Part shown: positions 24,028-35,974 of the stretch, piece by piece
Numbering within the stretch: position 1 is the stretch's first letter
Layout: each line of letters opens with the position of its first letter
From: Podarcis pityusensis
Lineage: Eukaryota
Length of the DNA stretch: 64,000 bases
Reading direction: 5' to 3' (one strand)
Assembly: GCA_964106645.2 (NCBI GenBank)
Contig: OZ067039.1
Notes under the pieces: generated by a model
What the model was told of the DNA's origin: nothing
The model's input: only the letters and a program-made list of their open reading frames with translations
Databases searched by the model: none
Program-made: the position numbers and the translations under genes

Positions 24028-24642
24028 GTAAGAGCTGCTTTCTTTGGCGTTTCTATATGAGATTACAGAGGTGAAGAAATGGGCTCGTATTGGCCCTTTT
24101 ATGATGAATCTGTACTGGAGTTGCTTAGCCTCAAGATAAGGATCCACTAATGGAAACTTTGGGATCTAAGGACATTTGACTTGGCAAAGCAAAAAAAATG
24201 GATCCAGCTTCTCCCTGGACCAATGTTACTGAAGAAGCACCCTCAAATAGATGCAAGGTTGGGTTATTTGGAGAGGGACACTTTAGAGGCAAATCCTGTA
24301 AACATGCTCAAGGCTTTTGAATCAGAGCTCAAGATGATCTATATAGACATACCTTGTTTTTGAAATTATTTGAGGCAATACATGCACACAGACTCCTGCC
24401 AGTTTCTACAACTACCAAGAGAGGCATGCAGAACAGCAGTTACATGCTGGCCTTTGATTACAGCATATTTCTTAAATGCCTGTTTATTCTGAGTGAGACA
24501 ACCCAGTATTTTAAGGAGCGTAATTCAGAGTCTCTAGAAACCATCTGATTTTACCGATTCATTCTACTGTTGCCCTTTCACACATCAGTGTCTTGCAAGA
24601 GGATTATACTCAGTGTGAATTTGACTTTGAGAACTTATTTCC

Positions 24643-26226
24643 ATGCTAGTGACAAACCAGGGTGAGCTCCACTGTTACATGATGAATGTACTGACCTTGG
24701 CTTTATTTATTTGGAAACTGCTTGGAAAGCTGTTAGTTTTCTTTGTCCTGTGCATTCAAGTCAGCACCTTAAACAACTGCACTCTCAGAAGATGTCCTGA
24801 AGTTTGCATTTGTACTGCTGATCTCATGAGTTGTGCCAAGAAGGATCTTGAACAGGTCCCCAGCACCCTGCTTCCCACAGCCACTACCTTGGATCTCAGC
24901 TACAATAACATTACTCAGCTTAATGACTACTGGCTGGCTACCTTACCACGTCTCCAGACCCTCAGGATCAGCCACAACAAGATCCACAATATCACCCGGC
25001 AAGTGTTCCACAATGCCACTCACATTTTACACCTGGACATGTCTTCCAACTACCTGAGCACTGTGGAGAAGTACTACTTTGATGGCCTTGTGAAGTTGGA
25101 GGAGCTCTTGCTATACAACAACAAGATTGTACAAGTCGATCAAAATGCTTTTGTCAAGTTAATCAGACTGCAAAAAGTCTACCTGAGTTGGAACAGGCTA
25201 ACAAAATTTCCATTTGAGTCCCTTCAAAGACTTGAACACCCGTACCTGAGAACCCTGGATCTGTCTGCTAACAACCTAAGCAGCATTCCTGTTCAAGTAA
25301 TAGCAACTTTGCCTGGGTACATAAAAAATGGCTTGTACCTTCACAACAACCCTGTGATATGTGACTGCTCTCTTCATCTGATGCTCCAGGAATGGAAGCA
25401 CCGCGGTTTCAGTTCTGCGGAGGATTTTGTAGAGGAGCACACCTGCAAAGCTTTCCCCAATGTGCCACGTTCCTTAGTCAACACCTTCAATTACAACAAG
25501 TATATTGGAGATTGCTCCTGGAACCAATTTGACATTCCCCAAATCCTCTGCCAAGTGGGAGAATCCTTGGTAATAGACTGCAACACGAGCCTCCATAATG
25601 ACAATGCCACAAACTACAGATGGATCTCTCCTAGACATGAATTATTCATGTACCCTGAGCATAGTAATCAGGAGCATCAACCTTTCAGAAATGGAAGCCT
25701 ATTGATCAGCAAGGGTAACCGTTCCCATTCCGGTGTTTATGTGTGCATAGCCATCAACGAGCTCCAACAGATCAACCAGACGTTTGAAGTCAACATCACA
25801 TTTCAATACCCCAAACCACCCGAGTCTTTCAATACCGGCCTCACAACCCTCTTAGGGTGTGTTGTAACCCTGGTACTTGTCCTCATGTACTTGTACCTCA
25901 CACCATGTCGCTGCTCCAAGTGCTTCAAGAAGCCTGCAAGCCCCCCTCCAGACTGCAGCGCCCAATCATCCATCCTTAGTACCACCCCGCCAGCCACAGA
26001 TGGACCAAATCGCAAGATCAGTGCAAACAAGCATGTTGTTTTCCTAGAGCCCATCAAGGAAGCCCAGAATGGCAAGGTCAGGTTGGCCGTCAGCGAGGAC
26101 TTTCCAGAAGCTAAAAGCCCCAGACTCTTACAGCTCAAGCTGGACAGTGAATCAGTCAGCTCAGTCTTTTCAGATCCTCTCATCATGTCCTATGAGGAAC
26201 GAGAACAGACACCGGCAGATGGATAG
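24643..26226 (+). CDS. AMIGO3: Amphoterin-induced protein 3 (LRR-Ig type I membrane adhesion protein); intronless CDS; real start may be ATG 24679/24682
   Basis: 527-aa ORF: signal peptide, LRRNT (CPEVCIC), ~6 LRRs, LRRCT (HNNPVICDC), Ig (C..YRWISP..NGSLLI..SGVYVC), TM (FNTGLTTLLGCVVTLVLVLMYLYLTPCRC), AMIGO tail motifs (SAQSSILSTTP, KHVVFLEP, QNGK); paralog assigned by its position inside RNF123 next to GMPPB. Confidence 0.95.
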   Translation: MLVTNQGELHCYMMNVLTLALFIWKLLGKLLVFFVLCIQVSTLNNCTLRRCPEVCICTADLMSCAKKDLEQVPSTLLPTATTLDLSYNNITQLNDYWLATLPRLQTLRISHNKIHNITRQVFHNATHILHLDMSSNYLSTVEKYYFDGLVKLEELLLYNNKIVQVDQNAFVKLIRLQKVYLSWNRLTKFPFESLQRLEHPYLRTLDLSANNLSSIPVQVIATLPGYIKNGLYLHNNPVICDCSLHLMLQEWKHRGFSSAEDFVEEHTCKAFPNVPRSLVNTFNYNKYIGDCSWNQFDIPQILCQVGESLVIDCNTSLHNDNATNYRWISPRHELFMYPEHSNQEHQPFRNGSLLISKGNRSHSGVYVCIAINELQQINQTFEVNITFQYPKPPESFNTGLTTLLGCVVTLVLVLMYLYLTPCRCSKCFKKPASPPPDCSAQSSILSTTPPATDGPNRKISANKHVVFLEPIKEAQNGKVRLAVSEDFPEAKSPRLLQLKLDSESVSSVFSDPLIMSYEEREQTPADG

Positions 26227-27109
26227 GAAGCAATCCACAGGAAGGATGCAGCCAAGGTGGAGAGTGGGGAAGGAGTGGGGTCAAACCCCATATCCATTGT
26301 GGGAGGGAGAGGGAAGACAATATATATTTACAAAGCATCTCCTCACTGAAAAGCACAGAGGAATTCTCTTCATCTCCCTTGGATGGACTACTGTGGTTTA
26401 TTCTTAATTTCCTTCATCTCCCCTAGAAATTATGGAGGCCTTTTCTTCTAACAATTCTAGTCTGACCGTCCCAGAATCCATTTATTATGCACAACAGAAG
26501 CAACCATCTTTTGACAAAAAAGAATTGAATGCTCTTTACACATCCCAGATGACTACAGCCTGCTCAGTAGTAGAGACAGTAACTTGTAGCAGAGAGTACC
26601 ATCCCCCTTTAGAAAACTGCTGTGGAATACAAGATTGTGTAATGGCTTTGACTTTCAGAGAATAAACATTTGCTATATAAGCAAGCCTGTTTTTATTTCT
26701 GGAGAAGAAAGAGTGCCCTTGCTGGACCAAAGAGGGGGCCAGTTCTTACTTTTTAACTGCTTTAGTCAGCTACTGCTTCTAATATTAATTTGGAAAGTAG
26801 GTTCCCGAGCCCATACTTTTCAACTTACTTCTAGGCTTCTTGGAACAAGTCATAGCATGGCTAAAAACTGAAGCAATTGCTCCCTTTACAGAGGTCACAA
26901 GCCCTGCTCCAGATGACCACCTCGCCCTTTTGGATATGTGCAGTCAGCCACGTAAGTGTCAGAAACTGTAAGAGTCAGTCTTCTGCTTGAATCAGCTTAA
27001 CAAAACTGCTTGGTATTACTAGACACACTGCCTGCCCCTTAAAAGCACCTTGTTCTGGGTTTGCTTTTAATGAGGAACCTTTTCCCCAGATTGAATTCTT
27101 TGTATCTAC

Positions 27110-27115
27110 AATAAA
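27110..27115 (+). terminator. Candidate AMIGO3 poly(A) signal AATAAA (a proximal AATAAA also at 26661-26666)
   Basis: TGTA at 27101 upstream, GU/U-rich ctgtgcttttgg downstream. Confidence 0.55.
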
Positions 27116-29415
27116 ATTCTAATAGCTCGGGCATCCTGTGCTTTTGGATCACTGTGACAGAAAGCAAAAATCGGTGCCAGAAAATTATCCTTGGGTTAGA
27201 CTTGAGAAGGGCAAATTATTTATTTTGCTGTCATCACAGCAGAGGGGAGACAGGGTTAAAAAGGATGCTATTCTAGACACAGTGCTGATGTTGTGTTATT
27301 TTTTTTAAATGCACAATTAACCTATGGCTGGCCAATTCAGATAACTGGATTAGATAGACAAGAACACTGCTGTGGTTAGTGTACCTTTTTATATAACTTA
27401 ATATAGCCATTAAAAGTTAACTTTGTTTCTCCCCACCCACCCCTGCCCCAAAAGCTGATGTAAATTATCAAATTCAGGAATGCATTAGATTATTCATGCA
27501 CCTAGTGTAATTACAACAAGCCAGCTCCGCTCCACTCCGCTCCGCGCTTAAATGAACCATCTCCCTGCCTTTTTTCTCCTTGAGAAGGGCAGATGTGCTT
27601 GGGAGAACGAAGCATCTAGCTATTTTGGTAGTACTTTAATCCATGTAATGATAATAATTGTAACCTGGGGGTAGATTTCCTCTCGGGTTACATTTAAATA
27701 AAAATGCCCTTTTATTATAAAATGTTGTTGTCTGCATCTGAAATTGTCTTTGCCCTGCAACGGTGTGAGATGGTGCAGGCTTCTTCTCCCTTGTCCGTGG
27801 CCAGGTAAAGCTCCATATACAAAGTTCTAGTTCTTTTAACACAAAAGGAGCTCAAATACCAGTCTAAACCCAGGCACTCTAAATATTACAGATGTCTCTG
27901 ATATTAAAACCAAATTACAACACAATTTAATTTTGGCACAGTAAATGAGGCTTGAAGGTGCAAAGAAAGAAATGCAACACAAAATTCTAAGTCTGTGGGC
28001 AAGAACTTGACACATTATACACAAACAAATATTTACATGTATGTGTATGTGGGGGGGGGGGGTCAAGACTAAGGAAGGAAGAAAACATATGAAATTCCAT
28101 TAAAACTAATTTCTGCAAGGCTTGGTGCAAAAAAACCAAGGATCCCCCCCCACACACACAAATGGGCCATCTCTTTGGAGCAAAAGAAGATAGAATAGAG
28201 TGGTTTCTCCCTTCTAATACTTTGGCTTGCTTACTTTGCACACATTCAGACACTGTTTTACCTTGCAAAGATACTCTTCCAGGAGCCATAATATCAAACT
28301 ACATTTGGCCTTAATCCCTTCTCCCCATGGCTAGTAGTTACTATACTACATTATTTCATTACAGGCTAGCTATACGGCAGCCCAAAGTACAGCTTGAAGA
28401 CTGAACAGAAAATTGGGCTAGATAAGTTGGCACACACCAACATGAACATTACAGAGCAAACTATGCACTACCAGAGGTTCTCACAAACTTGTATTCTGGA
28501 CAGCCACAAATGTTGTTGACGTGAGGCTAGAAAAATCCAGGGAAGATATTAATATCTTCCAAGATCATCTGGGTCGGGGTGTTTCTAAACCAGAAGCTAA
28601 GAAAAATAACCAAGATTGTTTATTCTATTAACATTTCTTGCTTGCATCTTGCGAAGCATATATAGCCACTGACAATCCTGAATCAGGATTCCTGATATTC
28701 AAAACATAGAGAGATGTGGATCTTTAGTTTGGCCATATTTTTATGCTGTGGTTCTGCACACCAGGGTCAAAGCAGAATATGGGGAAAGCAGCAGGAGATG
28801 TCAAGCCATGATTTCCAGAACATGAGATGTTCTATGCTGTTGAGATGCTCCTACTATGCTGTCTGTGGACAGAGTCAACCTGAGCCTGGGAAGAGTAGCA
28901 CACCAAGCAACTGTCAGAGACAGCAGCGTTCTGTATCACAGCCCTACTCTCCTCAGTTCTTTGCCAAGAAAAAGCTAGTAAGTCACTTGACACAAATCAA
29001 AACTGAATTAAGCAACATTTGCTTCTTTTCATATGTGCACATGTCAAACACCATTTAACTCCTTAAAAAATCCATATTTAAAAATCAATTTGTAAATGGA
29101 TAGGCACTGAAGTAGTTAAGATACAAAAATAAGTAACAAGAGATCAAAGCAGCAGCATTTTTAAAAAATCCTATTTATCCAATTTTGGAGGCTAAGAAAT
29201 GTGTGGTTGAGAGTTTTTATTTGTTCTAATCTGTTCATAATTCATAAAATTACTGCTACACAATCCAAACCTTGGGATGAAATGGGATAGACTACCAAAA
29301 AACAACAACAATTTTTACAATTTAGCTTTTATCCAGCAGGAAAAGATGTAGGAATGCATTTACTGCTTCTGACTAACAAATCACAACAGACATACTGAGC
29401 TTCAGGGCAGAAATC

Positions 29416-29509
29416 TTAAGGTGCAACCTAGTATGTGTCTATTCAAGTAAGCCCCCTTGAGTTCAGTACTATTCACTCCCAGGTAAGTCTACATAGGATT
29501 GCAGCCTTA
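29416..29509. mobile_element. Short palindromic squamate repeat (related copy about 62199-62282)
   Basis: taaggtgcaaccta ... ataggattgcagcctta inverted ends. Confidence 0.55.
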
Positions 29510-30532
29510 GCTACTGAGAAGCTAATCCCACAAGAAAAAAAGGCAGAGGAGGAGTGTGCTCATATTACTTACTCCCATGGCTGCTCTCATAGATATTCTC
29601 AAATTGAGAATAAAAAAGGCTACAGTTTTTGTCCACTGAAGTGCTCCTTAGCAAAGAAAGAAAGAGGGGGGAAGTCATCGTGATACATGCAATAAAATGG
29701 AAATTAGTTATTCTGTCTGTCTGTCTGTCTATATCTAGCTAGCTAGCTATCATTACTTCTAGTTAAAGGAAATAAACTGTGCAGATACTACAATAAAGTA
29801 CATAAAATTCTTCAATAATTTTCATGTTATTATACAGTATTCCTCACTGCTCTACAGTAGACCAGGGGATCAGTTAATTTCAGAATCTCTTAAAGAGTAT
29901 AGTCATGAATTTCCAATTACCAGCACTTTACAAAAAAATCAGTCTGCTCTCTGGGACTGCCCCTTCTCCTAACTATGGACAGAATTCTCCTTCAATCACA
30001 ACATCATCCTGCATTAAAATCTGCCTGTAAATTATGGCCAATGTTCTCAGGCCCTGCTCACATTCCGTCAGCAAGAGAGATGATTGGTAGAGGCCCATGA
30101 CTGTGTCTTTTCAGTAATGGAACTCCCATTGTTGAACTCATTCCTAAGGAAGTTAGACTGGCTCCTTCTTTGATGTCTTTTGCACGAACCGTTAAGATTC
30201 TATTCTGTCAGACTTATAGTGCGTTTTAATTCATAGCAGCTGTAGATCTAGCTTCTAGTTTTTGAACGTCCACTGGTTGTGATGAGATTTGAATGGTTCA
30301 AAGCTGCCTTGGATTGGATTGGAAGGCACTATATAATATACAGTATAAGTACACCTTTCTCCCAAGCCCAGATTATGCCTGACCCCAAAGACCTTCACCA
30401 CAATGCAATATAATAACTGAACACACAACTAAGCATAGAGAAGATGAGTAAAAGGACGTGGTAGAGATATAGACATCCCATGGTGTTCCTGTATTATCCA
30501 ACCCCCTAATTTAGACAGAGAGCAACAAGTGA

Positions 30533-31103
30533 AGGGCCTCACTCAGCTCAGAGGTGGAACACATGTTGTGCATGCCAAAGGGCTCAAGTTCAACCCCTGG
30601 CATTTCCAGTGAGGGCCGGGAAAGACTCCTGCATGCCTTGATGGAGAGATGCATATCAGTCTGTGTAGACCTGGGGTCATGACCTTTTCTGAGCCCAAGG
30701 ACCACATTCTGTCATGGACAACCTTATGGGTGCCTAATGCCATTGGTGGGTGTGCCAAAGGCAAAAGTGGGGTGAGCAACAGGCATGAGCCCTACCTTTG
30801 TACAGTAGGCTACAGACGGTTAGAAGTTTCTTTACACACTCCCATGAACACATCTCTCCATCCAGGCATCCAAAAGGCACTACGTCAGTTCAGGAACAAG
30901 CAAAAGCATGTGAGGAGGGTGTGGAGCAGGGCTGATGTGATGTGTGACCTGTGGAAGGGGTATGTGCTGGGTAGGATCTCAAAGCCTCATTAGAGAGGTC
31001 TGGAGGGTCATTATTTGGCCTCTGAATCGGACATTCTATAGCCCTGGTGCACACAGCTACATGGAATATTCTGAAGCGGCATAAGGCAGCTTCTCACATT
31101 CCT
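30533..31103 (+). mobile_element. Squam3-like tRNA SINE interrupted by a hAT-type MITE (30671-31046)
   Basis: head agctcagaggtggaacac..gttcaacccctggcat; SINE resumes at 31055 and ends ataaggcagcttct..attccta; insert flanked by 8-bp gtgtagac/gtgcacac. Confidence 0.65.
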
Positions 31104-31780
31104 ACAGAATAAAGAAGGTAGGACAGACTATCTTATGTCCACTAGGAAGAACCGGACATCTGCAAACAAGTCAAAACCCCTGTTTCTCCACAAAGTGGCC
31201 TTTGAGCCACATACCAACTGGGAAGTAGAAGAACAGTTCCATTCTAAGTGACTGTGCCCACTCTACACCCATTAAAAAAGCATGAGGAAGCATGAAATAC
31301 TATCCACATGCTCGCTTCTACACATTTCTTCAATGGGAAAACAATCTCATAGCTAAGAAGATGGCCAATTACTCAGAGGCAAAGCTCAGAGATCATGCTA
31401 GAACCCAGTTTGGCACCATGTGAATGAGCCTTAGTAAGGGCATGTAACCCCCTGCCCCAGCAAAGCGTGGTTTGGAGGCAAAAGTTTCTGTTTTTGTTAA
31501 TGACAGGTTATTTTTCGCTTTCCAGAGCCGTTTCCCTCATCATTAAAAGCAACCCAAAGTTTCTGAAAGCACATGCTTCATTCCCATCTGAATTAATCTT
31601 CAATTTAAGACACCCAGCAATGAGGTTTGTTTTCAATCTAAAAAGGCAAATGAAAGCATAAGTGCATCTATGAGTGCATTCCACCATCTGTGCATTGCCT
31701 AAAGACACCCAATCTCAATGCCTTTGATGCCTTCTGACCAGAAAAGGGTGTTGCTAAACCTTCCCAGCTTTGACCTACTA

Positions 31781-33095
31781 AGAACATAAACATATGGACA
31801 TCCCTGCTGGATCAGGCTAGGCCTATCTAGTCCAACATCCTCTCCTTACTCTTGATAGCAGTCACTAGCTATTGTGTGCAACTCGGCACTGTGAGAAGTG
31901 AATAAGCGCTTTCTTTTGTCTATCCTGAGTCTTCCAACATTTAGCTTCATTGGATGGCCTGAATTGGAGGGATAGTATTATGAGGGACAAAACCCTCTCT
32001 CTCTTCACTTTCTCCAAACAATGCATAATTTTATAACACCTCTATCAGGTCACCTCTTACTTGTCTCCTGTCTAAACTAAAAAGCCCCAAATGTTGTGAC
32101 CTTTCCTCACACAGGAGCTATTCCACCCTCTTGGTCATTTTGCTTGCCCTTTTCTGAACTTTTTCCAGCTCTACAGTATCATTTTGAGGTGAGGCAACCA
32201 GAACTATACACAGTATTTTAAGTGTAATCACATCGCAGATCTGGATAATGGTATTATGATATTGGCAGTTTTATTTTCAATCCCTTTGCTAATGACTGCT
32301 ACCATGCTGTCTTCATCAGAGTTAACCGCTATGAGCCCAGGTCTTACTCCTGGTCAGTCCACTAGTGACTACCACTACCGCTGCCATTTTACTGCCCATT
32401 CACTTCACTGCCATTTTACTACCCAGTTTAGATGGATCTTTCTGGAGCTTCTCACAATCCCATTTGGTTTTAACCACCCTGAAAAATGTGGTATCAGCAA
32501 ACTTGACTACGTCACTATTCAACCCCAACTCTAGATCACAGTTTCCCAAACTTGTGTCTCCAGCTGTTGCTGGACTACAACTCCCATCATCCCTAGCTAG
32601 CAGGACCAGTGGTCAGGGATGATGGGAAATGTAGTCCAAAAACAGCTGGAGATCCAAGTTTGGGAAACCCTGCTCTAGATCATCCATGAAGAAGTTAAAC
32701 TAGTACATCCCAAAACCATTTTGGGGGGGACTCTACTTTCTACTACCTTCCATTGGTAGATCTTTACATTTATTCCTACTCTCTGCTTCCTTTTTCTTAA
32801 CCTCATCCACAAAAGAACCTCTCCTCTTATTCCATGACTTCTAAGCTTACTCAGAAGTCTTTAGTGAGATACTTTGTCAAAAGCTTTTTGAAAGCCCAAA
32901 TACATAATGTCAAATGGATCACTTCTATCTAAGTGCTTGTTGATACTCTCAAAAAACTCTAACAGGCAAATGAGAGAAAACTTACACTTGCAGAAACCAC
33001 AGCGGTTCTGCTTCAGCAAGACTTACTTCTGGTATATGCTTGATTACTCTGTCTTTAACAATGCTTTCCTTTTTTTCTGGAACAGATGTTAAGCT
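31781..33095 (-). mobile_element. Degraded CR1-type LINE fragment (ORF2 C-terminus and 3' UTR) with internal deletions
   Basis: CR1-like ORF2 blocks on the reverse strand (ccagaactatacacagtatt; tttgtcaaaagctttttgaaag, i.e. a FQKAFD-type RT motif on -) and a 3' end shared with the 9411/12578 copies. Confidence 0.75.
32537..32672. mobile_element. hAT (Charlie-like) palindromic MITE, 136 bp, inserted into CR1
   Basis: TIRs CA..GTTTCCCAAACTT / AAGTTTGGGAAACCCTG; perfect 8-bp TSD CTCTAGAT (32529-32536, 32673-32680). Confidence 0.9.
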
Positions 33096-33204
33096 AACCT
33101 CACATTTTAAGAGGAGAGCCCCAATGCTGCCTCATTTGCTCCATGGAGAGCAGTAGCGGACATTTACAACAATGAGTACCTGGGTGGCACTCGTCATAAT
33201 GTCC

Positions 33205-33366
33205 CGCTGTGCCAGAAGCAGTTTAGTCATGTTGGCCGCATGACCCGGAAAGCTGTCTGCGGACAAACATCAGCCATCTCGACCTGAAGCGAGATGAGTG
33301 CCGCACCCCATAGTTGCCTTTCACTGGACTTAACCGTCCAGGGGTCCTTTACCTTTACCTTTTACC
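33205..33366 (+). mobile_element. Sauria SINE (Squam1) 3' part
   Basis: gccagaagcagtttagtcatgttggccgcatgacccggaaagctg..gcgagatgagtgccgc and an (ACCTTT)n tail. Confidence 0.8.
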
Positions 33367-34373
33367 ATCCCTAATAGTCCAAAATTAACTTACATATTCA
33401 TTACGCACCATTCTTCTTAAGGTGTGTATAAAAGCGCCCCATGTGGTAAAATCACAATTTTGTAGTCCCTGAAACCCCTGGTTTATACCCTTCTTTCACC
33501 ACAGGAGGGCACCTTTGTCTTATCATTAACCACAGTGCTGAATGTGTGAACTCACCCCGTGAAAATACAAAATTAAGCACATACCATCACCTGCTCTGAG
33601 CCCTTTGGATAAAACAGCACAGTACACAAATGTCTGCCACCAAGCTCTCCACAGTTTAGTTTAAATTTTCCCTTTAGGCTGCTGTTCTTACAGTGGCCAA
33701 AATTAAGCCAGGGGGAAGCCAGCAAGGAGCAGAAGAAAGCAATATAAGGGCATCCGAAGAAAACCACATAACATGGAGTGAAATAGCCAAGCTTGGCAGA
33801 TTGAAAGAAACCTTTTGCATCAATAAAATCAGCTGTTTTGCTACAACCACCTAGGTAGCCTCGTTAACAGCAGATGCACTTAAGAGACAATTTTTCAGAG
33901 TTCAAGAGGCTTAAAAACACAGAAATCCATCATTAAAAATTGGGGTTGCCTTAGTAAAAATCCAGCTTCTCTTACAAGCAGGACTTTGAAAGCTTAATGA
34001 ATGTCCCTTGGGAATGGACTACGCCGTCTCTTAGCAAACACAACAGCAATCGAGAACTCACACTGCTGCCAAGTTTGGTGTTTCTAAACTGCCTATACAT
34101 CAAGCTAATGGGCCAGCATAAAACACTTACGTTTTACCAAGAGAAAGCAAGAAGTTGTTGAGTCATTCTGCCCCGGCCCCCACCTCTACTCAGCACAAAA
34201 GTGGTTGTTTTGTAGAGAGATTATTCCTAAAGAATGAGAGCTGATGGTTCCATTTTCTACTAATGCTCCATATTTAGTAAGCCACAACAGAAGAGGAAAT
34301 AACTCTACTTCAGCCAAGGACATGAATCAGACTATGGAAATTGGACAGTGACATCATGGACCAGAAACAACCA

Positions 34374-34445
34374 AATAATAGTAGTAATAGTAATAATAAT
34401 AATAATAATAATAATACAATAATAATAATAATAGTAGTAGTAATA
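34374..34445. repeat. (AAT/AGT)n microsatellite
   Basis: imperfect trinucleotide run. Confidence 0.9.
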
Positions 34446-35024
34446 AATGTTACAACAATTAAAACGCAATATTAAACAACTAGTTGCTCTAGCAGGTGCT
34501 AGCACAATGAGTCCCGCTAGAGCAATGGGGACTGCCCCCACTCTCCTCCACCCATGCCCCCCATAAATTGGCTTGGCAGGGCAATTGGGAGACCCCCAGA
34601 ACAGGGCACAGAAGGAGAAGAGGGGGAGATCTGTTACACCAGGGAAGCTGAAATGCTTGCACTAATGGAGCAATCGCTTCAGCACTACTTTGAATACCAC
34701 CCTATGCCTTTGGCCAAGAGTCACTCTTGCAATTCCTGCATTTCTGTCAAACTTATGGGGGAAAGACAAAACCTGCCAGCTGAATGGCAGCATGGCAGCA
34801 CAATCTGCACTCCAGTCAGATATCTCTCATGCCCAGGATGTACAGTTAGAAAAGGCAGGTTCTGAACCAGCTCTTCTGTTAATACCTTATAAGCAAAAGG
34901 CGTCTGGCTGCACCAAACCCCATTTATAATCAGTGGCTGGTATGTCAATTTAGCAGTACAGGGCAATTTACACTGCGGCTCCTCATACAGACCCAGTAGT
35001 GGACCGTGGGGTAGCAGCACTTAC

Positions 35025-35057
35025 CTGACCTCCATTTGGCTGTGTCACGGCTGCTTA
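35025..35057 (-). other. Candidate 33-nt cassette exon of RNF123 carrying an in-frame stop
   Basis: cctcacccctccatctcccag|TAAGCAGCCGTGACACAGCCAAATGGAGGTCAG|gtaagtg; reads G-K-Q-P-stop in the phase-2 intron. Confidence 0.5.
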
Positions 35058-35974
35058 CTGGGAGATGGAGGGGTGAGGTGACAGTGAGGTAGGCATGGTG
35101 CAAATGCACCAGGCAGGAGTACCAGATAACTCTGAGTTTGAACCGTGCCAACCTTGCCACTGCCTTCTCCTTTCCCTCTACCTCTTAGTAAGGAACAGTG
35201 ACACAAACAAGGTTATGTGAGCACCACCATGTCATCTGCTACTGTATAGACCCCTGTTAGTGATACTCTATTGATTAGCCATCACATGCGGCACCAGAGT
35301 TAAGTGATGGCTGACCCACATTAACAGCACTTAGTCGCCCAGACAGACAAATCCATATAACGGATCAGTCCTGCTCTACCAAGTTGCTCTTTGACTGAAT
35401 TGTGCATCTGACATGTCTACAAAGGGAGTTATTAATTTCACCAGGTGTGAGGCAAAGGAGAACTACCAAATGCCAGATTAATGCAATGAGATTGTAATTA
35501 ATTAGTGTTCTGAACACTTTGAATCTTCAAAGGTTTTTGCAAACATTTGTTAATCCCCAGCACCAGGAGAGAAACTAAGCTTCTCTGATCACAGGATCAC
35601 CCCAGGACAAAAAGGGCACCCTCGTCCTTATCAGGAGGAACAGCCCATGCACAGAGACTATATGCTACAATGCTGGAAGCTGACTAGCTTTAAAAGCCTA
35701 ATTATAAGAGTAGAAAGAGGCTGAAGGTCCCCGACTACCAACATTTACATTGATGTATTCTGCTTTTCCTGATTTCCCCTGAAACTGGAATTTCCCATTT
35801 CTCAAAGTTCTATAAGCTTCACTCCCCCAACCCAGCATATTAAGCAAGTTAAAACAAGCTCTTCATTTGACATTTATGTACTAAATGAAACCCTGCCCCA
35901 TCCTGCCCCCTGAGTAGACCTCACTATCCAGTAATTCTAGAGCACCCTTTTAGAACCAATTAACCCTGAGCACT

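Noticed and set aside
25803-26186. 127-aa ORF antisense to AMIGO3, on the RNF123 strand
   Set aside because: Expected shadow of a coding sequence; no recognisable domain, and RNF123 splices in frame without it.
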